This document shows, one piece after another, positions 21,726 to 33,499 of a DNA stretch of 56,612 bases; position 1 is the first letter of the stretch, and each line of letters begins with the position of its first letter. The DNA is from Selaginella moellendorffii (taxonomy: Eukaryota; Plantae; Lycopodiophyta): contig NW_003314288.1 of NCBI RefSeq assembly GCF_000143415.4, positions 476,991 to 533,602 of the forward strand. Reading direction: 5' to 3'. A program made the position numbers and the translations under genes. The notes under the pieces are model-generated. The model had not been told where the DNA came from and did no database searches. It saw only the letters and a program-made list of their open reading frames with translations.

Positions 21726-24253
21726 CATAGTTACGAACACGAACACGGAACACGAACACGAGCCTCAGATTTCAGGAAACCGAACACGGAACACGATCAC
21801 GGCCCACGATGGCTCACAAATATTCTACTGAATATTCTAAGAATATGTTATTTAAAAATTATATTCTATTTCTTATTATATTATTATAGGAATATGCTAT
21901 ATTTTATTATATTATTCTTAATATTTTTATTTGCACATAAACTACTTCACACTTTTAAACTACTCAAATATCCTGCATCTCATCGTCATCTTCAACCTCA
22001 TGATCTTCGACCTCACGATCTTCGACATCATCTCCATCTTCCTCTTCCTGTCCTGACTCAAGCTCGTCTTCAGGATGAGGAACTGTCTCCAGGACTTTGT
22101 AGCTTACAAACTTGTCGTAATCACGATCATTTTTGTAGGTTAACAACCTGGTGTTGCAAGCCACAAAAACCAGATCCGCTGTCCTGTCCATGGTAAGTCT
22201 GTTCCTCTTTTTTGAAGAAACATGCTCGAAAGTACTGAACAATCTCTCCACCGAGGACGACGAGCATGCCTGACTTAGAACTCGAATGGCCAACTTCTGA
22301 AGAGCTAGAGTTTCATAACCATAGTCCTCCCACCAACGTACATCTCCCCTCTTAGTGCGATCAGCCTTAGCATCATATGAGTTGAAAATGCCTCCTATCC
22401 TCCGGTAAGTTAAAAGCTCATCACGTATCACATCCCTCTCACTGGATGTAAACATGGCCAGCAGATAAGCATTCCAGTCCTTCATGACCTCTCTGTTAGC
22501 ATGCTTTTCATACTCCTGAAACTCGGGGTCCAACATGTATGCCACCGAGTGCATGAGCGAGTGATACTCATGCCACCTATTAGACATGATCTGATGAAGT
22601 TCCCTGTACCTGCCATAATCCGACTGTCCTTCCTCTAAACTTGCATCCAACCTGTTCATGCACTCATATATCTTTCCAATCGCAGGTATATCACCGTCCA
22701 CAACACGAAGAAGCAGCATAACATCCTTGGACACCTCTAGCATGTCCTTAACCTGTTGCCAGAAACTGTCATCAAAAACCGTTGCATAACTGTCCCTTCC
22801 TGCTCTCGACTTCGACTCAGGCCTTGCTCTATACGCAGGGCATACGAACATCTGTTGTAAAGCTTCTCGGAGCTCCACCAGCCTCTCCATCATAATGAAG
22901 TTGTAGCCGAACCTGGTATCACAATAACGCAGCAATCGCTTGTGAGTAAACTCCGCCAGCAGTGCCACTATATGAGAGTGGTTTCTAACGAAGATCACCA
23001 AAGACTTTCCACGCTCCAGAAGTGTTGCCATCCATGGAAGTACACCGAAGTCTTTCAAGGCATTGTTCAAGCAATGGGCAAAACATGCTGCCCATTGAAT
23101 TTTTGGGTACCTCTGTTGCAAAAGTGCTGCTGCTGCTCTGTTTGCATTTTCCCCATTGGTCACAACCATAACAACGTTCTCTGCACCTACAATGTTAATG
23201 CCTTCTTCCCAGCAGCGCAGAGTATTTTCAGCTGTTTTTCCTGTTAAGGAAATGTCGATAGCCTTCAAAAAAGCTCCTCGTCCTTGACTATATGCCACAA
23301 GCCCCATGATATGCCGATTCCTCCTATCTGCCCACCCGTCTGCGCATATGGTTGCACCCCTCTGCTCCCACTGCTTCCTCAAGGACGCCATCTCAATGTC
23401 AATGAATCGTTTCTCTTTCACCAAAAGCTTATCCCGGAGATCATCATATTTTGGTGGTGCATAAGGCACACCATGCCTGGCAACTTCCTGTATCATGTTG
23501 AGGAAGTAAGGTGACCGAGCCTTGACAAATGGAATGTGTTCATTCCAGAAAAATCCACATCAACTCGGTTCTTCCGCTTAGGATCCATCGAATCAACAAT
23601 ATGGACTTGACTCTGTTTGCTAAAAAACAGGGAACTGCAGCCACTTCCACTTGACTGGGATGATACCACCGGTGGAAATCCTTGGACATTGCCATCCATT
23701 CTCATAGAAGCACCACCAGATTCATTCGGCCGTTTCTTCCCCCTTGCCCCTTTCTCGGAATCAATAACCTTTTGCATATTGAGCAGATCCGCTTTCTTGT
23801 TACCTGGGATGAGAGGACAACTCACAATATCCTTGCTGCCTGGGCCTTCTCCTAACAGATGAGCTCGCACACGATCAACACCACTCAGTTTGTTCACCAT
23901 TGGGCAGTATTTGCATGACCATAATTTGTGGCCATGCCCCCTGCTCTCAAGAACACTTACCTCATCCCACCATCGCGAAGAAGGATGCTTTCGCAGTTTG
24001 CTGGATTGCTGCGCCATGCTTGTTTGCCTTGGATTGCTGCTGCTGTGCCCTGAAATGGTGCGCCCTGGCTGGATTGTCGTGTGATGCCATGCGCCCTAAA
24101 ACCAGAATATTCCGCGCGAGAATATTCTGAACAGTGGTCCGTGTTAGTAACACGGACCACTGTTCACGAACACGGCCGTGGGAACACGACCCATGGCCGT
24201 GTTCGTGAAACACGGTGAACACGGCCGGGATCCCGGCCGTGTTCGTAACACAG
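21726..24253 (-). mobile_element. hAT DNA transposon, 2528 bp
   Basis: 8-bp TSD CCTGTTAT at 21718-21725 and 24254-24261; imperfect 16-bp TIRs CATAGTTACGAACACG / CGTGTTCGTAACACAG; subterminal GAACACG repeats at both ends. Confidence 0.95.
21964..24017 (-). pseudogene. hAT transposase (BED finger, DUF659, C-terminal dimerisation domain) with one frameshift
   Basis: WSCKYC...RVRAHL; TICADGW; CFAHCLN; DTRF; WWEDYG...LAIRVLSQACSSSSVERLFS; frameshift at ~23555 between ORFs 23493-24017 and 21964-23496. Confidence 0.93.
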
Positions 24254-25664
24254 CCTGTTATTGATGTTGTTGATGTTAAGATTCGAGTGAAATGAGATGT
24301 CTCTTCTTAAGATTGACATTGAATTTCATTAGTCTTGATAAAGATAGTGTTGATGATTTGGCTATAACTTTATGTTATTAGCATTTATACAATTGCTAGT
24401 TAACTGTATTGATGTTAAAACAAATTGAGTGGCAAATTTGAGTTAGTTGCGTTCTAGAGAAGATTATCTAGTAAGGATTGAGGCTTGGCTTTTCCTTAAA
24501 AAAGTGATTTAGTCATGGACTATATTAGCTTTACGAGATGAAGAGTTAGTGATTGATATTGAAATATTTGAATCTTTGTTGGATTTGAGTTGGAATATAT
24601 TGATCATTGATGATTTTTCTTGTTTGTTGCTTGTTATTAATTGAGTTATGTCTTACTATAAATGGATTCATGGAGGATAGTTTGGTGATCACTTGTTGAG
24701 AATAGCTTCGTTATGTTTAGCTTTTAGATTAATGCAAACATGCTCTTCATTAGCTCTAGCATTATGAAACTTAGCTCATGGATGTGTTGAGGAGGTTATT
24801 ATGGGTTGTACCATGATTTCTTCTTTAGCATTGAAGTTAATTCATGTGAGACCTATGATCATTATTAGGCAAGACTTAGCTGTAGGCTTCTTTGAGCTTT
24901 TGGTTCCTTGAGTTTTCATACTTATGGTCCATTTGTTAGAAGTTGTTAGGGAAAGCAATTTTGGCTCATTAGCTTCGATATTGAAGTTGGCTTTTGCATC
25001 TGGCAATCATTGGTGATGATTGACTATCATTTAGGATAGTTGATTATCCTTGTCAAATGATAATTGTTGGTATAGAATGAGTTGTTGTTCTTCGGGATGG
25101 TAGATTTTTTCTTCAATGATGATTATGCATTTCTTCATTGGTGGGATGATTGATGTTCTTTCATGATAGTTAGTTGTTCTCTTTGATGGCTTGTGGCTTT
25201 TTGCAATACCATATGTTCTTTGTGGTTTGCTCTGGATTGATCTCTTGGGTTTGAGATATCATTAGGATGTTGTCGATGCTTGCTTGAGCAACTTTGGTTC
25301 CTTGGTATTGTTGACTGGAATCTATTCAGATTGACTAGTACGATAATTGACATGAATGAGTATTTGTCAGTCTTACCACATTCAATCTATTCTGTTGACT
25401 GTTGCTCAAATTAGTTTTGATAGATTTAGATGTTATTTCCTTTGGGTGATATATTCACAAGTATTCTACTTGTCAATTAATGATACTTTGTGTTCTTTGA
25501 GTTGGCATTCTATCTGCAATCTTCGGTAGTTAAGTTTCATCATTAAGTTTCCTTGATGATATGCTAGCTATTGAATTTTGTTGGATAGTGAATCTTATGT
25601 TTTCCAAACATGATGATCTTGGTGGTTTCTATGCTATAATACTAGTTTATCGGATGATAACTTA

Positions 25665-26410
25665 ACAGACACTCTTTCCTTACTACCACGACAGCAAGAG
25701 GTCAGTATTGCTGGACCTGTTATCAATCTCCGCCTAAGCTAGTTGAGAAACTAGTCCTCACGTGTGCACTTGACCAAATGAGCATAATGAAAGAATTCCT
25801 AAATGCCTATTTAGTCAAGCATACTTGACCTAGTTAGAGAAACTCATTCATTGACATGCACTTACTAGTGTTGGGAACCCCCATGATATTGAGTTTGGTC
25901 CCTTAATATCGCTAGATGATGGCTTACTGTGTCTACCAAATACCCTCACTATCATGCCTTTTGTGTTAATCTCATTCCAATCCCAAATGCTATTTATGGA
26001 AAGTGTCTAGATTTTCTCATTTGGCATATCTATGGAATGCAGAAATTGTCCTGAACACAATGGTGTTTGTCCCATGTCCAAATTTGCAATCTAGCACCAT
26101 AGGATGTTCATTGCTCTAAGACTGTTTCAAGTTGCTCCAAGCTCTTGTCCCTTTGCTCCTTGGGCTGTATGCTCAAGAGTTGCTCCGTAGTCCAGTTCTA
26201 TCACTCCTTGGCTCCATGCTTGGGAGTTTGGCACCGTTCCTTCGTTTAGTGGCCCAAGGCCCTGAAACTTGGGTTCCACACCATGTTCATTTGGACACGT
26301 GGCATGTGACATGTGGCATCTATCACGTGGCACAAAGAGGGTTTAGGTTCCGCTTCATGGTGTTATCCTATGGTAAATCACCATAGGATAAAGGGTAAAA
26401 ACCACATGCG
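25665..26410 (+). repeat. Diverged fragment of the 5' leader of the large Gypsy element at 50.9-56.6 kb
   Basis: Collinear matches 25669~51861, 25868~52497, 26120-26410~53099-53390. Confidence 0.85.
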
Positions 26411-26673
26411 CTTCAATCATCACTTGAAATTTATTATTAAAGAGTATATGTTGCATATGTTGTAGTTTATTACTCTATTTTATTCTATTTATATTCTATG
26501 TTATATTTTACGGATTTCATATTAAATTTTATTGTTTTATAGAATTTAGTTCCTGAATTATATTGTTTGATCATTTAATTTATCTTGCTTCCTCACTTCA
26601 CTCGTGGCTCCAAAGAATCACCCCAGCCAAAAAAATTCCTCCTTCCACGACTACTACTTCACTACACTGCTCT

Positions 26674-29600
26674 TGTTAGGCGCCAACTTTGACTACATGG
26701 TCAACGTCGGTCAAAGGGAGGCTCAAAGGTATATTAAGGCATGTTAGGGTAGGGGACTTAACCTACCCTAGGGCTCACGGTGGAGCGGCGGCACAGTGGA
26801 GCTTTTGAGGTAGCTCGGGGGTGGTTGGGTGGTGAGGAACCTCAAGAGGTGGCGTAGCATAGTCTAGGGCGACTAAATCTCTGTCTTTTTGTGCCGGATC
26901 ATAACATTGGTATCAGAGACATTGGTTGCGATGGCCGACCAAGCTGAACGCTGAAATCCTATTGTCAATGGTGGTGCCGACGATGGTGCCGACGAAGCTG
27001 CAGAAATTTGGACCATTCAAGATGTGGTTCATGAGCTGTGAGCCCTTAATAAAAATCTGCAAGAGATGCAAGACGAGATGCATGGCATGATGGATACCAT
27101 GCGTGGGCGTGTTGAGGCACTCGAGGCTGGACGGGGTAGCGCTCCAAGTGATGGTGGTGTGGATGAGTGTCTCGCTTGGCTAGCCAATGTGAAGAAGTTC
27201 TTGGCTGCTAGGGGAACTCCGGATGCAAAGGCTTTAGTGGCTATTCCGATGGTTTTGCGTGATGCGGGTCTTTGATGGTGGAATTGGCTTGAGGAGTCCC
27301 GTGTTGCGGATAAGAAACCACCAGTGTCTACCATAGATGAGTTTGAGGCTGCTTTCCGTTTACGTTTTGCCCCTCATTACGACGTGGAGAATGCTCGTAC
27401 AGAACTTTGACATTTCCAGCAAGGGAAAATGACGCTCGGGGACTATATTGAGAAGCTTACTCACTTGATTAGTCGTGTTCCAACGAAGGATCAAGATTAG
27501 AACAAGTCCTACTTCATTGATGGCCTATATAGTGAGAGCATGCAGCAACACTTGCGTCATTCTCAGCCTACAAAGAGTTTGGAGGAGCTCTTTGATGCAG
27601 CTCGTCGACTTGACAATGACAAGCACAAGTCTCGCAAGCGTTTGTGGAGTCCTTCTGTTGAGAATCATCATGATGATCGTCGTGGACACAAGGATGGGAA
27701 CAAGCATCACAAGTTGAAGTCGGTGGTGACTACTTTAGATGCAAAGGGGTCCAAGAAGCAGAAGTTCTTTGTGAAGAATTATAGACAAGGTTGTCATCAT
27801 TGTGGCGAACTTGGACACTACAAGGCTGATTGTCTGCAGTTGAAGAACAAGCAGTAGGACAAGAAGAATGGCCAATCTTCTTCTCACGGTAAGTCCGATA
27901 CTAAAAAGTTGCAAACTTTGCAACGTGAGGATGAGGAGAACGACCATTCTGGTCGGAGGAAGCAACTTTTGATCGTTGCTCGTCAGCTCAACTGTGTGTG
28001 GAACAAGATGGAGCTCGAGGATACGCGTGAATCAGCTTTAATGCTGGAGGGCGTGTTCCGTGGAGATCCAGTGCGGATTTTACTGGATAGTGGGAGCGAT
28101 GACAACTTTGTTTCGGCAAAGTTTGTTGCGGAGCATGGCCTGGTCACATGTGGCATTCTTCCATACACAGTGGAAGGTGCAGCCACCTCTACTCAACATT
28201 TCGATGCTTGTGTCGAGGGGCTAGAAGTGTTGGTTGGCAAAACCACACTTGTGGAGACTTTTTATCTCACGGATATTCATCGTGTGGATCTCATTCTTGG
28301 GATGCCATGGTTGGTGAAGGTGGATCCAAAGATAAAGTGGAGCATTAAGCGTATCTCGGTGGAGTATGGTGGCGTTAAAGATGTGTGGTTTGGCGAGGGT
28401 GTTCAACCACCAGTTGTTATGCTCTCTGCTACATCTTTGAAGTGGGCTTGTCGTAATGGAAAAGCACTTTCGAGTTACTTGCTGTTTGTTTGTGACTTGG
28501 GGGACCAAGGCACGTGTGGGGGAGAAGTAGCAGTATGGGATGTACTTAATGAGTTTTCTGATGTTTTTCCATCTGAACTTCCTCATGGATTACCTCCGTT
28601 ACGAGGTGTGGAGCATGGGATTACATTGGAGCCGGGGACGCGGCCAATTTACCGGCGTCCATTTCGGTTAAGTTATGCACTGAGAGGAGTTCTCATGCAA
28701 GAGGGACAGCCTATTGCATATGAGAGTCAAACTTTGAATTCCGCTGAGCAACGCTATTCCACATATGAGCAAGAGTTACTCTCTATTGTTCATGCTTTGC
28801 GGACGTGGCGACACTATGCAGTGTTCGTGGTGTTGACAGATCACAAACCACTTGTGTATCTTTTCACACAAAAGGAGTTGAACACTAGGCAAGTTCGTTG
28901 GATGGTCAAACTCATGGAGTTTAGGGAGTTTCCTATTAAGCATCGTCCGGGAAAATCAAATGTGGTGGCAAATGCTTTATCTCTTGTTCGTCATGTGACG
29001 ACGTTACGAACACGATTTTGTCATCATTTGAGTAAGGTGGTCAGCGAGTTTGGGCAATTGGTTGAGCATGCTCAGGCTCAGGATGCTGAGGTGGCCTCTT
29101 TGCAAGACCAGATGGAAGCTCCTTTCTCATTGGTGGATGGGATTCTCTACTACAATGGCCGTGTATATTTGCCATAGGTGGATGCGTTAATTACTCAAGT
29201 TTTATTCCACTATCATGATCGTCTAGAGGCCGGTCATTTTGGGGGGAAGAAGAAGTATGAGTTGATTAAGCGCAACTTTTATTGGAGGAATATGAAGGCT
29301 GATATCCTCAAGTATTGTAAATCATGCGAGCTTTGTCAGTGAGTTAAGGTGCCACGGAAGAAGCCGGGGGGACTTTTGCAACCTTTATCTATTCCTCAGA
29401 GCCGTTGGTGTAGTATCTCTATGGACTTCATCACTTGTTTGCCACGAACACAGAGGCAAAAGGAGCAAGTATGGGTCATAGTGGATCGGTTGACGAAGTA
29501 TGTGCGGTTGTTGGCTCTTCGGAAGACTGTCACTGCCTTAGACTTGGCTGCGGTTTACTTGGAGAAGGTTTTTCCTGAATTTGGTTTGCCAGAGGACATC

Positions 29601-30651
29601 ATTAGTGATCGAGATTCAAAGTTCACCAGTGGATTTTGGAAAAGCTTTGCAAAGGCTATGCAAGTGACTTTGAAACTCTCAAGTGGAGATCATCCTCAGA
29701 CGGATGGGCAAACTGAGCGTGTGAATCAGGTGGTGGAGGATATGCTATGTTGTAGCATTGGTCAAAGGCAAGGACAGTGGGATCTATGTCTTCCATTGGT
29801 GCAATTTGCTTACAACAATAGCCAATACAGTGGAACCAAGCTAAGTCCTTACTTTGCCATGTTTGGAAGGCATCCTCGAACAGCGGTGGAGTTGGGATTG
29901 CATTTGAGTAAGGACGTTCAACATAAGCTTGATTCCGAGGCAACTAATCTGGCCACAGAACTTCATAAGATTCTGGTGGTGTGCAAACGGAATTTGCAAG
30001 CAGCTCAGGATAGAGCGGAGAAGTTTGCCAATGAGCATCGCCAATTCCGGGAATATAAGGTGGGTGATCTCGTCTTTGTGCGAGTGATCTTTCCGTCAAG
30101 TGAGCGGCAGAACACCTTGGTGCCTTTACGGACAGGGAAGAGTGATAAACTCTCCCATCGATATGCTGGTCCATATAAAGTGCTGGAGCGCATTGGTAAA
30201 GCGGCTTATCAGGTGCGGCTACCAGCTGGGGTGAAAATTCATCCAGTATTTTATGTCAGCCAGTTGAAAGGTGTACTATCTCGGAGTGACGGGCCCAATG
30301 CCTCCTTGATGTATACGGCTGTGGAAGATAGACCAGGAGCTTGAGCAAGATTCCCCAGAAAGGGTGATCACCAATACAACTCGTCCTTGGGACAAGGATT
30401 TTGTTGGGGGGGAAGAATTGTTAGGCGCCAGCTTTGCCTACGTGGTCAATGTCGGTCAAAGGGAGGCTCAAGGATATATTAAGGCGTGTTAGGGTAGGAG
30501 ACTTAACCTACCCTAGGGCTCACGGTGGAGCGGCGGCGCTGTGGAGCTTTTGAGGTAGCTCGAGGGTGGTTGGGTGGTGAGGAACCTCAAGAGGTGGCAT
30601 AGCATAGTCTAGGGCAACTAAATCTCTGTCTTTTTGCGCCGGATCATAACA
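26674..30651 (+). mobile_element. Ty3/Gypsy LTR retrotransposon, non-autonomous (RT deleted)
   Basis: 233-bp LTRs at 26674-26906 and 30419-30651 (TG...CA, ~14 differences counted by eye); TSD GCTCT (26669-26673 / 30652-30656); tRNA-iMet PBS TGGTATCAGAG at 26908; PPT at 30406-30417. Confidence 0.96.
26931..30344 (+). pseudogene. gag (CCHC knuckle)-protease-RNase H-integrase, lacking RT
   Basis: CHHCGELGHYKADC; LLDSGS...ILGMPWL; RRPFRLSYA joined directly to LRGVLMQEGQPIAYES; TDHKPL; SMDFIT...SDRD...HPQTDGQTER; GPY; several stops. Confidence 0.92.
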
Positions 30652-30706
30652 GCTCTACCAAAATCCACCCAGCAATAGTCACTACTACTTACTTGTGGAG
30701 TGTGAT

Positions 30707-32486
30707 TTACAATTCCACCTCTTGCAAGTCGTCTCCAAACACTCCGGAGGAACTGGCAGCTTCAAATCCCACTGTGCTGGACTGTTGATTGTGGTGCTGA
30801 TGAATTGAACTTTCCTGGTGTTGGTTTTGCTGCTGCTGCTGGACTATCACTGGCAGAGTGACTTCCAGAGCTGGAGGTGGTGGCAACAAGATGGTCGACG
30901 GTGCTGCTGGATAGTGATTCAAATAGAACATTGCTGGCGAACAGCTGCTTGAGAGATGATCAGGCGTTGGCCCCAGATCATTTCTCATATCCTGTACAAC
31001 CAGCTGAGCGAATGCTGCTGCTGCAAATGGTCCATTCCCGTTTGAGAATGCCGTGTCAGGGACAAAGGCCAGTGCCGAGGAAGGATCCACCGAATGGTTG
31101 CTGTTGATATCAGGAGCAGCAGTAGCAGCGGCTGCAGGCACGAAAAATCTCACTGGAGCCAAAGGCTTTGCGCTTGCCTTTGGCACCATGCCAAACAGTG
31201 GAGGAGAGTCCAATGGTGTCTTGGATGGTGTTATGCTACCTTTGTTGAATGTATCGACATATCTGCAAAAACTTCATGAGATTGGAGTGCTGGGAATGAC
31301 CAAAACGGTACCTTGATCTAACGTTTTGACATGTGCGAGCTGCCTACTGGTTAATGCTCGGAGGCATTGGTGGGATTCCACTCACAACTGGTTGCGGCCT
31401 TTCCGGAGTTGGCTGTGGTATCTCCAGAGACATGGAAATAGGAGCACTGTTCTCCTCCACGCGCGAGACGAGCTTGTTTTCCGTGGGAGGAGGAGCCAAT
31501 GGAAGCTCAGGCGCTTGTGCCTCAGCTCCTTCTTCAACCCTATCTAAACTTGTTGCTGTCGCCAAGCTTTGCCTGCATCACATACCCGACCATCAATCAG
31601 CTGGTGCTCTTTCCAAAGCTTCTACAAACCTCCTTCGAAGGTGTTTTTATGAAGCCCATCACTCTTTGCACGAAAGAAGTAAAGACGCCTCTGTTTGGCG
31701 TTCCTTTAGCTGGACTAACGACCTGATAAAAGAATACAAGTCTTAATCGAAGGTACGCAAGAGCAAGTCGAGTTACCTGTGCAGGCCTAAAGTCAGGCTC
31801 AGAAATGCTTCTCGCTGGCATGTTGGATCTTCTCATATTATCACTTATGGTTTCCATTGATGCCGATACACTGCTTCTGCTAGAAGCTGTTGCGGGACAG
31901 TTATTAATATCAGCATTATCGGAAGCTTTCGGGGCGAAGGGCCTATCATCTTGTGTAGACGAATATTGCCAAAAAACCGTTGCACAATTGACGTTGAGTG
32001 GGTATAAAAGCTGAGTGTCCACTTACAAACCTGAGAGTGGATACGAAGACGCTCTTCCAAGGCTACAGCCGCTTCTTTGCACACATCAGCTGCATGGCCC
32101 GCTGTTTTCAATGTTTTCAACACCACTTGGCAATACCTTCGAAGAGAACCCTTGTGTTAACGAAGGATGCAGTTAAAAATCACTACCAACCTTAAAGCTT
32201 CGTTTATCTTTCCAGCTTCAGCAAGCATCAACGCATAAATAAGCTTGTATGGCTGAAAAGGAAGTAAAATAAACTGGGAATTGCCGGTCACTCTTGCAAA
32301 TTCGTACACTTCCATTCGCTGATGAAGAAAAGGTTAACAATTGTTATTGAGGACGAACACGGCTTACCTGGATATCTTCTGGACTAGCGTACGTGCGTGG
32401 ATACTTACAATGGTCGGCACCTATAAGACAAAGTCTGGCAGAAGGGGAGAAATGCTCAAAATGCAAGATAGCATATATGGGCTCCT
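30707..32486 (-). pseudogene. Degraded copy of an uncharacterised lineage-specific gene
   Basis: Minus-strand ORFs 30707-31213, 31344-31565, 31597-32022 and 31845-32126 are homologous to plus-strand ORFs 40712-42150 (same C-terminus SSSGVFGDDLQEVEL). Confidence 0.65.
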
Positions 32487-32884
32487 TATATCTGCAAGTT
32501 AAAACTATGAGAAACATCAACGTGTGACCATGTAAATCTAAGACATGTGCGAATGCAAAAGTCCTTATAAGTTTACTTTGCAACACAAATTTTTTCAATG
32601 TGCGTACCCAACTTTCTTAATTTTTAAAGTGGGTCGCTTAAGTTTTTTTTGACTGCGAATTGGTCCTTTCTCAACATAAAAGATAATGTTTTGCCAAGCT
32701 TACCACAACCACTGGCAACCTTGATTGCCAATGATGTTGTCCTTGGCTGTGGTGTCTATAACCATACAGCTAGGGCCAAAGTTACACCACCAATGGCCCA
32801 TAGCAAGCACAGCCATGGTGGCACAAGGTCTCGGCCATGGCTAGCACTACCTTGGCTGGCCTTAGCCGTGGCATAGCCATCTAC

Positions 32885-33170
32885 TAGAGGAGCTAGAGGA
32901 GAGCTGTTGTAGGAGGAGTGCTAGAGGAGTTGGAGGAGAGCTGTTGCAGGAGAAGTGCTGGAGGAGCTGGAGAGCTGCTATAGGAGGAGTGCTGGAGGAG
33001 GGGTTTTGGAGGAGCTAGAGGGTGAGAAAGAATGATTTGATGAAAAACAAAAAAACTGAAAAATCCAAGAGTAGGATTAGCAAAAGTACAATGCGGAAGA
33101 GAGTTGTTGCAGGAGGAGCACTAGAGGACATGGAGGAGAGTTGCTACAGGAAGAGTGTTGGAGGGATGAG
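32885..33170 (+). repeat. Purine-rich degenerate tandem repeat (GGAGAGCTGTTGCAGGAGGAGTGCTAGAGGAG...)
   Basis: Several ~36-39-bp units visible. Confidence 0.7.
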
Positions 33171-33499
33171 ATATGTTGCATTGGAAGAAAGTAAGAGCCA
33201 CTAGAGGAGTTGGGCACTAGGGAAAATAAGAGTTGCTAGGTGGAGAGTCGGGCATTATACACAATACCATCTACAATAACTAACCCTAACAGAACTCAAA
33301 TGGATATAATTTTCTTGCAACAACATTTGGTTTGATTTGATATTGTCAATTTTTACATAAATAAAAATTTTATATGATGTACTTATTTTAATACATTTTT
33401 TATTCATATATAATTTAGAATTTTAGTACTTCTTGTTTATCTCTCAAAGAGTTCAACTAATGTTCTTTTTATCAATTTTATTCTTCCTATAGCAAGCTT

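Larger units (their letters stand above)
26588..32486 (-). repeat. Left arm of a ~1.9-kb inverted duplication (interrupted by the Gypsy at 26674-30651)
   Basis: Reverse complement of 26588-26673 plus 30652-32486 matches 40371-42280. Confidence 0.9.
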
